A stretch of DNA of 64,000 nucleotides from Octopus vulgaris (taxonomy: Eukaryota), in the NCBI GenBank assembly GCA_951406725.2, contig OX597820.1, positions 101,990,001 through 102,054,000 on the forward strand, given 5' to 3'. Both the position numbers and the translations under genes were made by a program. The notes beneath the pieces were generated by a model, which was given only the letters and a program-made list of their open reading frames with translations, did no database searches and had not been told where the DNA came from. How positions within the stretch are numbered: the first letter of the stretch is position 1; the number at the start of each line of letters is the position of its first letter. This document shows positions 50,448-62,980 of the stretch, in pieces.

Positions 50448-50830
50448 CATCATCATCATCGTTTAATGTCTGCTTTCCATGCTAGCATGGGTTGGACTAT
50501 TTGACTGAGGACTGGTGAACCAGATGGCTGCACCAGGTTCCAATCTTGATCTGGCAGAGTTTCTACAGCCGGATGCCCTTCCTAATGCCAACCACTCCAA
50601 AAGTATAGTAGGTGCTTTTATGTGCCACCGGCATGAGAGCCAGTCAGGAGGTACTGGCAACGGCCACACTCAAATGGTGTTTTTTTATGTGCCACCTGTA
50701 CAGGAGCCAGTCCAGCGGCACTGGCAACAACCTCACTTGAATGTTTTTTCACATGCCACCGGCATCGAAGCCAGTTAGCCGCTCTGGCAATGATCATGCT
50801 CAGGTGGTGCTCTTAGCGCTCCACAATCAC
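50448..50830 (-). mobile_element. Repeat family C
   Basis: As 6497-6802, reverse orientation. Confidence 0.75.
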
Positions 50831-52069
50831 GGATGCCAGTCATCGAATTTGATTTCAATTTCTGTGTATTCTAAAATAGCTCCAGGCCCAAAAAGTAAAG
50901 TGAATGAACTTGGTAAACAAACTGAAAGCAGCCTATTGTGTGTGTATATGTGTTATTACCATCACCATTGTTTCAATGTCCACTTTTCCATGCTGACATG
51001 GGTCAGATGGAATTTGTTGAAGCAGATTTTCAATGGTTGTATGCTCTTCCAAAACATACATACATTCATACATGTGTGTGTGTACATATGCGTATGTGTG
51101 TCCAATCTTGTCTTGGCATCAATGTAACAGTTGTAAGCAAGCATCACCATCATACAAGTAGTATCATTCATTCCCAGACCCCAGATGAACCGTCCAACCC
51201 ATGCCAGCATGGAAAGCGGACGCTAAACGATGACGATGATTCACAGTTTTGAAGTAACTATGCCTTATCTTGTAGATTCAAGATTTCAATGATGTCGTTT
51301 ATTTTTAGAATGACATAATTAGACAGGTGTGACAGGCAGGATCTGACAAAATTAATTGAAACTGAAACAAAAGCAGAATATTTCAAACAGAAATTCAGGT
51401 AGAATATTTGAATCAAGTAGAGCTGGTTTAAAAACAAAAGACTTAAAGGGGTCTAAATTAAAACCTTCTATCAAAATTTCATGCTAATTAATGTTCAAAA
51501 CACTAGCAGGTACTTGATAATTTTCAAAATTAATTCAAACAAAGGCAGTGTATTTCAACAGAAATACATTAACAAAACAGTTAAAGAACGCAGCAAATAT
51601 GTAGTGGATAGCATTGTTTATAGCAGTGAATTCTCCTTATTTTACATTATCAAGTTTTAAGAGGATTCTTAAGGCTATTTGTGAGTCAAATTTTCTGGTC
51701 ATCGACACAGCGCCAATCTCTCAGTTTCTCAGATATCTCCACAACATTTGTATCAATCATTTGTGCTCTTTACACACAACATTCACCAAGAAATTATGGT
51801 ATATCAATATTCCAAACAATTCTTTTAATGGATTATTTTTCTGTAATATAAAGCAAATTGTTTTGTAAAATACCAAAAACAAAAAAAAACAAAAAATCAC
51901 TGTTTATAATCAAGTTATATAGTACCTCAGAAAGCAGTAAATAATGAATATATTATAAAATAGTTTCACACATGTTGCATATATTCAACAGTTATTAAAG
52001 ATTCATTAGCAATAATGGTACCAAACAATGACAATAACAATGGTAATGATGGACGGCAGAGATAATAAA

Positions 52070-52431
52070 AGTGGTGGCGGCGGCGGTGGTGGTGCTAATG
52101 GTGATGATGATGTTGATGATGTTGATAATACTTATGCCAGTTGTGCTGGTGATAATTAATGAACAAACACAACAGCAAAAGTGGTTGAGATGATGGCAGT
52201 GGTGGTGGTGGTGGTGGCAGCGAAATTAATAGAGGTGTTGGCAATGATCAGATGATGCTGATAAACATAATTAGGAGGAGGAGGAGGGGGGAGGAAGAGG
52301 AGGAGTATTTCCTTGCATCACTTTTGTTCTATCGAAGAATGTTCTACTTCAGTGGTTATGTTATGGATCAGATGATATCAATGTGATAATGACAATAGTA
52401 CCGATGATGACAACAATGATGGCGATGATAT

Positions 52432-52464
<33 letters not shown>

Positions 52465-52470
52465 CAGTAA
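52070..52470. repeat. Compound trinucleotide low-complexity region (GGC/GGT/GAT/GAG)
   Basis: Directly visible. Confidence 0.85.
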
Positions 52471-52734
52471 TGGCTTCCTGACAGCATTATTGTTCCAAGG
52501 AAGAATACTTTAACTAAGAGAAACAAAAGAGTATTTTATGGATCACAAGGTAGAATCAATAAGTAACAATGGTACCATTAATATTTTTTAACAAGACAAA
52601 AAGCAGCACTACAGTCAACAGAATCAACAATCCAGCTGCTGACACCACAACAACAACAACAACACTGCCCCCCCCCCCCCATAGCCATATATTACCGCTG
52701 TTCCTACATTAACCATTTAAGGACAAAACTCATA

Positions 52735-53560
52735 CTGGTCATTCAGTCCACTAGAAAATGTAACCGAATTCCACGCCAATCATAATAAAAGAAACAATGA
52801 AGAATACAGTTTAAATAATAGGCCTGATGTGAGGGGCATGGATGGAACACATGGATTATATAGATCTACTCAATTTGGGTTAACTTGGAGTTAAACAATA
52901 ACAACAACGAGCCACCAAAGGAGCTTCTATGCGCATACTCAACCTGCTAGAAATGGTAACTAAATCTCCCTCAAATTACACCCTACCAGATTACAGGTCA
53001 TTCAGTCTGCTAGAAAAGGTAACTGAATTTCGATCAAACTACATCCAATCATACTAAAAGAAACAAAGAATACAATTTAAATAATAAACTTGATGCATTG
53101 TCTGAAAATAAAATGTGATGGGCATGGATGGAACACATGGATTATGGAAGTCTGCTCAATTTGGGTTAACTTGGAGTTAAACAATAACAAGTCACTAAGG
53201 GAGCCTTTATGTGTGCATACTCAACCTGTTAGAAATGGTAACAAGTTACACCTCATGGATCACTTTTCCAAGAACAATTGTCTTTGAGTGGCTACATTAT
53301 TTTTATGCATGTGCATGCTTGACACAAGGGGTTGCTGAAAAGTTCCTGCTTCTGGTAAAAGAAAATAAAGGAGGCTCAGTTATGATTTTATTCAATATAT
53401 TCCTCTATCAGATTCACACAATTATTCAGATTGGAGCCTGGTGCAGTTTAAGAAGTGAAACAGACCTTGAATAATGTAGTCCTGAATATCTGAGGCAAAT
53501 AAAAACAAGATAGTTATGGCTGGACTATCTTTGATTATAGGACTGTTTAGATCATAGCCA
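52735..53560. repeat. Diverged tandem copies (~260 bp) of dispersed repeat family E
   Basis: Two long copies of ggtcattcagtc..ctagaaaa...ggcatggatggaacacatgg...tttgggttaacttggagttaaacaataacaa plus a partial third. Confidence 0.7.
53254..53445 (+). repeat. 192-bp direct duplicate of 58670-58861
   Basis: About 3 mismatches over 192 bp. Confidence 0.92.
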
Positions 53561-53977
53561 GTATGGGAGAAGGGGGGGAGGGATTAAACTTCAACAACAA
53601 TCTCCTCTTTTATTAGAAACACCAAAGACCATTAGATGCAACCAACAGCTCACACTCAGTGACATCATCACACACTCACACAAAGACTAAATATCAGAAA
53701 TTACTAACAACACCTTTACAACTTTTGTAGCATAATGAGTAAAAAAAAAAAAACGAAACAAAATTATGCATAAACATACAAAAGAGCACTCTCTCTCTCT
53801 CACAACACATTGACCAACACAAAGAAACGACGTGACACAACACATGGCTATACAAATAATATATCAGATCCAGTATTGATTTTGGCACTCCTGTGGTCTT
53901 CTATATATTTTTTGTTTTTTTTATTTTTTAATTGCCTGTTCAGGTGGAAAGGAGAGCAGCGGACATAAAACTCGTAC

Positions 53978-54105
53978 CTTGTGACCAGCATGATCATAAA
54001 GAAGAGAAAGCTATCCGAAAACTTGGTTGGAATCTTTGCTGCAGAAGGGACTCCATTGAAGGCACCAAATGGTAAAATGACAGTTTTAGCCATGAGTCTC
54101 AATAT
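53978..54105 (-). CDS. Putative exon B (ILRLMAKTVILPFGAFNGVPSAAKIPTKFSDSFLFFMIMLVT+ag)
   Basis: Acceptor tgtttaag|AT, donor CAAG|gtacga; 128 nt, phase 0 to 2; the only open frame. Confidence 0.55.
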
Positions 54106-54843
54106 CTTAAACAATCACACACATACACACACACACACACACACAAACTACAAAATAGAAAGAAAAAGATAAAATACCTCACCTTACATCATCATAGATT
54201 AGTCACAGAAAACATACATCATAAGGTAAAATGTAGCCACCACTCAAAAAGGTAAGACACTTGCTCAAGATGCTGTGCTGTGAGATTGAACCCCAAACCA
54301 CCTAGTTGGAAAGCAAACATCTCAACCACACAACCATACATGCACTTTTGAACTAAATTCTTCATAAAACCCAGAAAAGCTTATTGGTTACCTTGCACTT
54401 CGTCCCACCACTTTCTCATCTATTCTCTTTTCTGTACCACTCCTACCCCTCTCACCATACCCCATTCCATACTGGTGGTTCCCTTCAACTGAACTTCCAT
54501 CCTTGTTCGCCACTCACTATATTCACCTCTATCCTCATCTCTAACCACCAGTTTCTCTCCACTCACTCTCTTGTGAAAGTGTCCACTTTCTCATCTCCTC
54601 CTATAGACCCACTGTCCACATCCTCTCTTCTGTTCACTCTATTATACATCGAGTTTGTTCCAATGACTGAAACAAGTAAATAATAATACTACACACACAC
54701 ACACACACACACGTTACAATTTAACAAATGTGAAGTAACTTATTATTCTAAGTTCCTTGCTGCAAGCATCATCAATGCTTAGAATAGTAAAATAGATCGA
54801 AGATCTCAGCTTAGAAAACCAACACATGTAAACACACACACAT

Positions 54844-55045
54844 ACTCTTTTACTTGTTTCAGTCATTTGACTGCAGCCATGCTGGAGCACCGCCTTTAGT
54901 CGAGCAAATCGACCCCGGGACTTATTCTTTGTAAGCCCAGTACTTATTCTATCGGTCTCTTTTGCCGAACCGCTAAGTGACGGGGACGTAAACACACTAG
55001 CATCAGTTGTCAAGCAATGCTAGGGGAACAAACACAGACACACGA

Positions 55046-55101
<56 letters not shown>

Positions 55102-55264
55102 GACAGGCTTCTTTCAGTTTCCGTCTACTAAATCCACTCACAAGGCATTGGTCGGCCCGGGGCTATAGCAGAAGATACTTGCCCAAGATGCCACGCAGTG
55201 GGACTGAACCCGGAACCATGTGGTTGGTTAGCAAGCTACTTACCACACAGCCACTCCTGCGCCT
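54844..55264 (-). mobile_element. SINE family A
   Basis: Full-length reverse copy. Confidence 0.9.
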
Positions 55265-55962
55265 ATGTACATATAACAAAAGATACAAAACAGATTACAT
55301 CACATATCTGTGTGTAAGTTGTACAAGTATTCTTACCTAAATTCTTTAGCTTCATTCTATAAAAAAAGGACTACTAATAGCTTTCAAACAAACAACGGAA
55401 GTTCCATGATTGGAATTAACAAATTTAGAAAGAATCATAAAGAAAACTTTTGAAAAGTTTTGTTGATTTTTTTCACTGTTCACTCACAGATTGCATTTAC
55501 AGAAAACGTGTTTGCTTAAAAATCCCAGTCTTTCAAGATTATAATGTAAGCATTTAGCAACATAATGTAAGTTCAACAATGGTTCTGAGGACAAATATAT
55601 AAATTTATAATCAAAGTAAGGAAGTCATAGAATTTTGAGTGGGTTATCCATCAGTGTTTTCGTTCGCACAAGCTTGGATTGATTGGATTGAAATGCCAAC
55701 TTTTGCTGTGTAAATGATCTCCACAAGAATACAAGATGCATGTTTTCTGTTTCAGACAATCGTATCAACATTCATGTTTGCATTTGGCAGAAGTGTTGAT
55801 TGAAATGCTTCACCAATATTCCTTGTATAGAAATATGCAAACATACTCAAGTGCTCAACGTGAACACTGCTTTTTGATTCATGTATGGTCTAGTGGATGA
55901 GAAATCTATATTTTTGTGCATGGGTGTATAAATATACATATATGAGTATAAATATACACATA

Positions 55963-56560
55963 GAGGGTGTCCAGGCTAAATTTGACAGCTTGCATAACAG
56001 GAGAATAAAATATCCCATCCAAAAATAAAAGTATTTTTAAAAAATCAAAAAAGTATCAAGATTACAGTTGTAACAGTTTATTCAAAGTAGTCAAACTCAG
56101 CTTCCACCATGGCCTCAAAGTGGCTCCAGAACCTAGCACATGAGTTCTTCATTGTATCTCTGGAAAGATTTTGAACACCTTCTTGATCTTGGCCTTGGTG
56201 TTGCAGGCAGAGCAGTTGGTGTCTTTCTCGACCACATCATGCACATAGTAATACATGGGATTACAATCAAAGGAATTAGGAGACCAGAAATTGGGGCTGG
56301 TGAAGTCATAGAAATTCTTTGGCAACCACTTCTGACTCTTTTCAGAGGTATGGTAACAAGCTGAATCTTGCTGCCACACATATGACCTTCTAGCAGTAAC
56401 CATCTCCAACCAGAGTTCAACTAGTCTCCAGCAGTTTCACATAGCTGTCTTGAATTGAGCTGAAGGCTCAGTTCAAAGATGTAGGATGGCATGACGCCAC
56501 TCTCACTGAAAACATACCCAAAGGTCTTTACAGTCAGAGGGAACTTGATTTTTATGATGT
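55963..56560 (-). mobile_element. Tc1/mariner transposase remnant with one terminal repeat
   Basis: ORF 56149-56409 reads YVWQQDSACYHTS...FWSPNSFDCNPMYYYV (QQD and WPPNSPDxNP motifs); terminal (c/g)agggtgtcc at ~55963. Confidence 0.8.
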
Positions 56561-56598
56561 CCATATACATGTAGCACACACATATATATACATATAAA

Positions 56599-56632
<34 letters not shown>

Positions 56633-56816
56633 GTCATAGAGAGATCAATGGTTTCACACCCATAAAGTGCTTGGGCATTAAACCTATCTTCAAACCAACT
56701 TGATGGGCTTCATGCAGTTTCCATTTACCAAATCCATTCAAAGAGCCTTGATTGGCTCAGGGCTATAGTGGGAGACTATGCAGTGGGACTAAACCCAAGA
56801 CCACATGGTTACACAC

Positions 56817-56819
<3 letters not shown>

Positions 56820-56886
<67 letters not shown>
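56820..56886. repeat. (TA)n microsatellite; other long (TA)n or (TAA)n tracts at 29183-29241, 33252-33288, 33596-33639 and 43913-43959
   Basis: Directly visible. Confidence 0.95.
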
Positions 56887-56891
<5 letters not shown>

Positions 56892-59127
56892 CATTAAATG
56901 CAGCACTATATCTCCAAAAGAAAAAAATATCAGTAAACTGACTTAGTTTGTTCCTCTCTGATTTGACAATGTCAGTTTTGGTAGAAATAACAACCAATTC
57001 CACTTTTATCATTTGGTGCTTATTTTATCAGCTCCTGTTAAATGGAAGGCAACTTAACACCAGTGTGATTAATTAGTATGTACTTACAACATTATATACA
57101 TCTAAACAGGCCAAATGAGTGTAGTATTTAGTTGACAGAAAGGTCATGAGGAGTTCAAATTTACATCAGGCATTTCCAACGAGGTCATTTAATTAACTCT
57201 ACATTGGCTCAATTAATTTGGCTGTGATGAAGAGGTAATAGATTTTTATGGAAGAGTTTCATTTAACAGATTAACCCTTTTGAAATCAACCTGCCCTGAA
57301 ACTGATCTTTATTTTGTGTCACAAATCACATTTTGAAGTGATCTAAATTGAAACCTTACACCAAATTTTCATCTTAAATTGTTTCAAACACTAACTTAAT
57401 AATGAAAGTTAGCTAAATAAATTCTTTACTATTTTCAAAATTAAATGAAACAAGGACAATATATTTCAACATACATACAAAAAAGGGAACGTTTTTCTCT
57501 CATTCTCTTAATTCTTCAAAAATCAATATCAGTGTTACAATTCAGGAATTGCTCAAAGAAATGCAATAAGAAAAACAGAAGCAAGGATAAGGATGAAACA
57601 AATGCACTGAGAAGGAATTTATTACACTAACTTCACAAAGGAAGTCATTCGTTAAAATTGATAACTTTATCCTTTAGTAATTAATTTAAATAAGATGTAT
57701 AGAAAATTACCACGAGGGCTTTAAAATAAATTAAGATATTAGTCATAAAAAGAAAAAATATTAATAAAGGAAAAAAAAAACCAATTAATGAATTTCAGTA
57801 TATAATGGTCATGCTTCAGGGAAACAATATTAGCTTAGTTTAGTAAGTGTGGGAGGCAGGCAGTTTGTCAACCTGAAAAAAAATTGCTGAGCAATATATA
57901 TATATATAAATATAATACAAGCAGGGAAGTAAAAAAAGTCTTCTTAGAGTGCAAACAGCATCCTATTTAGAGAATATATGGAAAGTAATTATTGATAGTC
58001 AGAAGTGAACAGTTTAGTCCCCAGCCTTTATTTTGTATCTGGTTTCTTTCAGTGTAGGGCAAAGACTAAGGGCCAATATCTGTGAGCTTTTAGTTTCAGA
58101 ACACACACACAGTTAAAAACAACACATAAAATCATACATACACATATACAATACATATAAGAATATTCCAGTCAAAATCGTTTAACCCATGCTAGCATGG
58201 AAAGCAGATGTTAAACGATGATGATGATGATGATGATGATGATGAAAGTGAAAAACATTCAGCTTTGATTACTGTTTTCCTGTTCTAAGGAGAAAAAAGA
58301 CTATGAGAGAGAGTGTGTGTGTGTGTAGATGTATATATGCTTGAACGTGCCTGTGTACTGAATTCGAAGATGCATTAACAAGACTTCAGTATTTGAATCA
58401 CAATATATAAATATATATATACATAAATATGTGTGCAAGAGAGAGCATGCACTCGCACACACATATTATATCAACGTCTGGTTAAAGTAAAAACTATCAA
58501 AGATCCAGATGTGAGACATTTAATGATCTTCCTCGTTTCTTTCTTGCTCGTCACATTAAAACTTGCAAGTTATAATGATGAAGATTAAGTAGTATGGTAA
58601 AGGATTATTATACTGACCAAATATAAGCAAAAGAAACCAACAGCTACCTCGATAAAAATTTTAATTGGACATGGATCACTTTTCCAAGAACAATTGTCTT
58701 TGAGTGGCTACATTATTTTTATGCATGTGCATGCTTGACACAAGGGGTTGCTGAAAAGTTCCTGCTTCTGGTAAAAGAAAATACAGGAGGCTCAGTTATG
58801 ATTTTATTCAATATATTCCTCTATCAGATTCACACACTTATTCAGACTGGAGCCTGGTGCAACCTCCTGGCTTGCCAGTTCCCAGTCAAACCGTCCAACC
58901 CATGCCAGCATGGAAAACGGATGTTAAATGATGATGATGATGATTGCAGTGGTCCTTCAGTTTCTCTAAGCCCTGTAAAGGACTCAGAGGGTTGGGCTTC
59001 TGACCAGGCCTTTTGCAATACTCTAAAAACCAGAAACTTTTCATCACCACCTCATATGTGCAAATCACTCTCTCACATGCATAAAATCAATACCCATATA
59101 ATGTATGAATTGGTGTGTGTTGGTGTA

Positions 59128-59173
<46 letters not shown>

Positions 59174-59185
59174 CACACACAAACA

Positions 59186-59216
<31 letters not shown>

Positions 59217-59937
59217 TCATCATCATTGTTGTAACTACTTTTCTATACTTGCATGGGTAAAATGGAATTCATTGACTTAGACTGTCAACAGCTGGGTGCC
59301 TATCCTGTCACCAACCATCACCTGTTTCCAAGCAAGCTAAGATTTTTCCTTGCCTGACTAGTGTCAGGCTCACAATCATGAGGTAGTGAGTTCGATTCCT
59401 GGACCAGGTTGTGTGTTGTGTTCTTGAACAAGACACTCTATTTCATGCTGCTCCAGTTCACTCAGTTGTGGAAATGAATTGCAATGTCACTAGTGCCAAG
59501 CCGTATCAACCTTTGTTTTTGCCTTTCCCAAGGATAACATTGGTGGCATGGAGAAGGGAGGTTGATATGCACGGGTGACTGCTAGTTTTCCATAAACAAC
59601 CTTACCTGGACTTGGTGAAATACTTTATGTGTAATCACATCCTATTTCTTTTTCTTTCTTTTAGTATAACCTACCTCTTAAAAATTAAGCTTTTATAATT
59701 TTATTTGCTGCTCTCAACATCCTTACTAACAACTATCTACTCCCTCCTCCCCCGACTTTATTTCTGTGGGCACCAATTCAACTGACCTTGTTTTTTTCCA
59801 TTGCCCTCAAATTCTCTCCCCAGGGGTTTGTTATCAAATTTAACCACAAAGTACTTTCTTCATCAACATCATCATGATGCTGACATGGGTTGGATGGTTT
59901 GACAGGAGGAGGCCAGCTGGGGAGCTGTCCAATCTAA

Positions 59938-60245
59938 TCATCATCATCATTTGGCGTCCGCTTTCGATGCTAGCATGGGTTGGATGGTTCAACTGGGGTC
60001 TGGGAAGCCAGAAGGCTGCACCAGGCCCAGTCTGATCTGGTAGTGTTTCTACAGCTGGATGCCCTTCCTAACGCCAACCACTCCATGAATGTAGTGGGTG
60101 CTTTTTACGTGTAACCGGCACAGGTGCCAAACGAGGCTGGCAAACGGCCACGATCGGATGGTGCTTTTTACGTGCCACCGGCACGGAGGCCAGGCGAGTC
60201 TGGCAACAGCCACGATTAGAAGGTGCTTTTTACGTGCCACCGGCA
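59938..60245 (-). mobile_element. Repeat family C
   Basis: As 6497-6802, reverse orientation. Confidence 0.8.
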
Positions 60246-60351
60246 AAGCTCCCACCCTTTAACATCACCCCTAACCTTCCATTTTTTTGTTTCCATTCTT
60301 GCATCCAAAATAATAAGACCATTATTTTTTTGCCAATAATATAGTAATGCA

Positions 60352-60430
60352 CAGTGATCCCTCGTTTATTGCGGTAGATTGGTTCCGAGACCGGCCGCGA
60401 TAACTGAATTTCCACAAAAGTAGGGACACC
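60352..60430 (+). mobile_element. pogo/Tigger-like terminal fragment
   Basis: cagtgatccctcgtttattgcgg...ccgcgataa resembles Tigger MITE ends; no partner TIR found. Confidence 0.45.
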
Positions 60431-61704
60431 ATATTTACAGTATTTATTTAACATGTGTTTGGACTTTTAAAACCCTCCCTGTACTGTTAACAACCCACCC
60501 ATTACAGTAGTCTATTAATAACAAGGACAATCTTCCATCAAAATTTCATGCTCGTTAATATTCAAATTAAACCATCTTAATAGTAGTAAAAAGTTATTTT
60601 ACTAAAATCTTCATTATTTTCAAAATTAACTGAAACAAAAACAAGTATTTCAGCAAAAATACGATAACAAAAGAGTCAAACTTAATGTTTCACAAGGGTT
60701 TGATGCATGAGAAAATCTCTGCTATATTGTAAAATCATAAAGTTCACAAAATCTACAGTACAAATATTTTTGACAATAAAGACAAAAATCAGGTGACATG
60801 CTCAAGTACCTACACCCTTTACCATAGAGTCTGTATTGCTTGTAAAAATCTGATATGATAGTGTAATACGGAATGGTTCGTAAGTGCATGGATCAATAAT
60901 TAGACTGGATTTAAAGTGCTAATAAATACAATGGTTATTAAATCCTAAAACTAATAATTGGCATACAAATTTGCAGAATTATTGAAAATTGTAATTTTAT
61001 ATATAAAAACCTTTCCTGGTATAGTAAAGTCTGGTTTGAAAGTACCTTATTTTGTGCATTATAATAATTAATGAAACTGCCAGCACTAAAACAGAAGTTG
61101 CTATGACTTATCATGAGTAACTGAAGCAAATGATTTGTTTTAAAGCAGCTATAACCAGTCGAAATATTCTACATGTTTTATGTTGAAATTGGCAAGATCT
61201 AACCTTTCACACCAACCCTACAATGTCATTATAAAAGTTAACACATCATCAACATCTTACATGTATGAGCTAATGCAGGATCAATTCAAAAGAATGTGAA
61301 TAAATAAGCATTACATTTGATAGAATCTGAACACTAAAGGTTTAAGGGGGTTTCAACCAGTACAAATGTTAAATGAGGATAAAAATGAGCATTTTTTGGA
61401 AAAATTAGTACTTAGTTCTAAATCTAAAAAAAAAAAAAAAAAAAACCTACCTAATGCTTCTTGTGGGAAGAAATATATATGAAATGAAATCACCTGCTCA
61501 TGTATCACTCAGAAAATCATAGAACTTTCAAGAACTTCACTAAGTCTAATCTCCCTGTGATATGGTGTTCAAGAACGCTCAAGTTACTACAAACCTATTC
61601 CAAGACAGGTTCACAAACTTTTTGGACTTGCTTTTAAGAGATACAGTGTCAGGCATACTATTTCCAACAAAGCGTTACTATTTTTAAATAATACACCAAA
61701 CCAC

Positions 61705-61825
61705 CAGGTGAATTAAAATGATGTTTCTGGTAATGTGGTAGTGGAATATATCTACAATAAAACAACTTCTTTGTTTCCAGATTCCGGTAACCGTTCCCAA
61801 GATAACAGAAGCCATCAACCACTTC
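61705..61825 (-). CDS. Putative internal exon A of an unidentified multi-pass membrane protein (KWLMASVILGTVTGIWKQRSCFIVDIFHYHITRNIILIHL)
   Basis: Acceptor ctgtctcacag|G, weak donor CTG|gtggtt; 121 nt, phase 2 to 0; non-repetitive; phase fits exon B. Confidence 0.4.
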
Positions 61826-61946
61826 CTGTGAGACAGTTGGGTATTTAAGAGAATATATTTCTGTTGTGTCCTTAGTGCTTATTGTTCCAGGGAATCTGAT
61901 ATATAAAACCTGTTTCCTTACTTATCTTACTGGTGATTCCACAACA

Positions 61947-62980
61947 AGGCTAATGCAATTTCGCACCTCTCCTTGAAAAATGCATTTTTTAGAAAAAAAA
62001 TTTTTTCGGATCTTTATGTTTTAGATGTTGCAGATTACAAATATGCAAAAAAAAATTTTTCTTTCAATTTCACCGCCCACCCCACCCCATTTAAAGTTTA
62101 GGTTTTCTCTTTTCTCTTTCTCTCTTTTACTTGTTTCAGTCATTTGACTGCGGCCATGCTGGAGCACCACCTTTTAGTACTTATTCTATCGGTCTCTTTT
62201 TGCCGAACCGCTAAGTGACGGGGACCTAAACACACCAGCATCGGTTGTCAAGCAATGCTAGGGGGACAACCACAGACACACAAACACACACACATATACA
62301 TATATATACATATATACGACAGGCTTCTTCCAGTTTCCGTCTACCAAATCCACTCACAAGGCATTGGTCGGCCCGAGGCTATAGCAGAAGACACTTGCCC
62401 AAGATGCCACGCAGTGGGACTGAACCCGCAACCGTGTGGTTGGTTAGCAAGCTACTTACCACACAGCCACTCCTGTTTACTTTAAAGAAATAGTGAACTG
62501 ATGAACATATATGCAAATTGAAATTAAATACAGACAAAAACATTAAAGTGAAAAGAATTTGCATTTTACTTGTGTTTACCTTAAATAATCGTAAATAAGA
62601 ATGTAATGTTAATTAAATATACACCATTTTATGAGAAACAAACAACGTTTAATAATTAATGTTATAAAGTTTAATAAGGGGCTCAAATTTCACCCCCTCT
62701 CCTAATTTCAAATTTTGAACTTTCATCCATTTATTTATCCCTGTCCGTTTATTCATAAAATATATTTCTCAACTAAATGTGGCGGTCCTATAGAAGACGG
62801 CATTACTGTTGTTTATAGCCCCAGGAAGACATTCACATCTATCTATCTCTTTATAAACATATCTATATGTTTAGTGAATTTTAAATTTTGAAAATGCATA
62901 TTTGTAACCTCTGACATCTAAAACGTAGGAATCTGAAAAAATACATTTTTAAAGGAGAGGTGCGAAACTGCATTAGGCCC
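61947..62980. mobile_element. Non-autonomous MULE/Mutator-like DNA transposon
   Basis: ~100-bp imperfect TIRs (ctaatgca(a/g)tttcgcacctctcctt...ttttagatgt...ttacaaatatgca); perfect 9-bp TSD tccacaaca at 61938-61946 and 62981-62989. Confidence 0.85.
62121..62474 (-). mobile_element. SINE family A nested in a MULE-like element
   Basis: Reverse copy lying inside 61947-62980. Confidence 0.9.

Noticed and set aside
61796-61825. Alternative frame EVVDGFCYLG resembling a LINE reverse transcriptase motif
   Set aside because: No other RT-like sequence nearby, so treated as chance, though it lowers confidence in exon A.
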